Of a stretch of DNA of 64,000 nt, positions 63,511-64,000 are shown one piece after another (position 1 is the first letter of the stretch; each line of letters starts with the position of its first letter). Where the stretch lies: positions 10,726,001 through 10,790,000 of the forward strand of contig NC_043005.1 in NCBI RefSeq assembly GCF_006345805.1, written 5' to 3'. The position numbers were made by a program, and so were the translations under genes. The DNA comes from Octopus sinensis. Taxonomy: Eukaryota. The notes below the pieces were generated by a model, which made no database searches, had not been told where the DNA came from, and worked only from the letters and a program-made list of their open reading frames with translations.

Positions 63511-64000
63511 AAGATGTAGTTCCTTATTATCATCTTCATTTCAGTGTCCTCTTTCCAAAGCTAGCTTGTGTCAGACAGAATTAAATAAAGCAGATTTTCT
63601 ACATTTAGATGCTGTCCATGTTTCCTACCTTCACGTCTGTCTACATGAGTAATAATGCATTTTTGGCTTGATGCCTCTGTAGAAGCAATATTATTGTTTG
63701 TATGATTGTGACACAACCATTCTGTATTGTCAGGACATAGCTACTCACTTACACACACACATACACCACACACTCTCATACAAGTCAAACACTGAGCTTC
63801 TTTCAGTTTCTGCCTTTCAGATTTGCTCACTTGTCTTTGGTGGGAACAAGTTTTTATAGTAAAAGATACTATCCTAAGGTGCTTTGCTCTGGGACCGAAC
63901 TTGAAGCCGTCTAGTTAAGACACAAACTACTTTTTGTCAGTGCCATGTATGTGCTTATTGGCATATAAAAATATACATGTACATATATATGCATAATGTG

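Overview
AT-rich, microsatellite- and transposon-dense eukaryotic DNA; the repeat families look like those of an octopod (coleoid cephalopod) genome, which is my inference. The whole window appears to lie inside one plus-strand gene for a LAR-type (type IIa) receptor tyrosine phosphatase (Lar; PTPRF/PTPRD/PTPRS-like). Only three exons (33824-34000, 39842-39952, 47280-47549; 558 nt, under 1% of the window) are well supported. They splice in frame, all phase 1, to encode Ig2 and Ig3. I found no Ig1 or fibronectin-III exon, so the flanking introns probably exceed 33.8 kb and 16.4 kb. The two internal introns sit where vertebrate LAR-RPTPs carry mini-exons meA and meB. The rest is intronic: three tRNA-type SINE groups, many short RTE-3'-tail elements, degenerate RTE LINEs, five non-autonomous Helitrons, TTAA piggyBac-type MITEs, a Penelope-like remnant, a degenerate hammerhead-like motif, several foldback hairpins and a ~1.55 kb tandem duplication. 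Most ORFs in the supplied track are microsatellite or SINE artefacts. I found no convincing new multi-gene system. The best leads are splicing signals around the LAR exons, dsRNA-forming inverted repeats, and unusual Helitron-derived rearrangements. Family labels A-F are my own working names.
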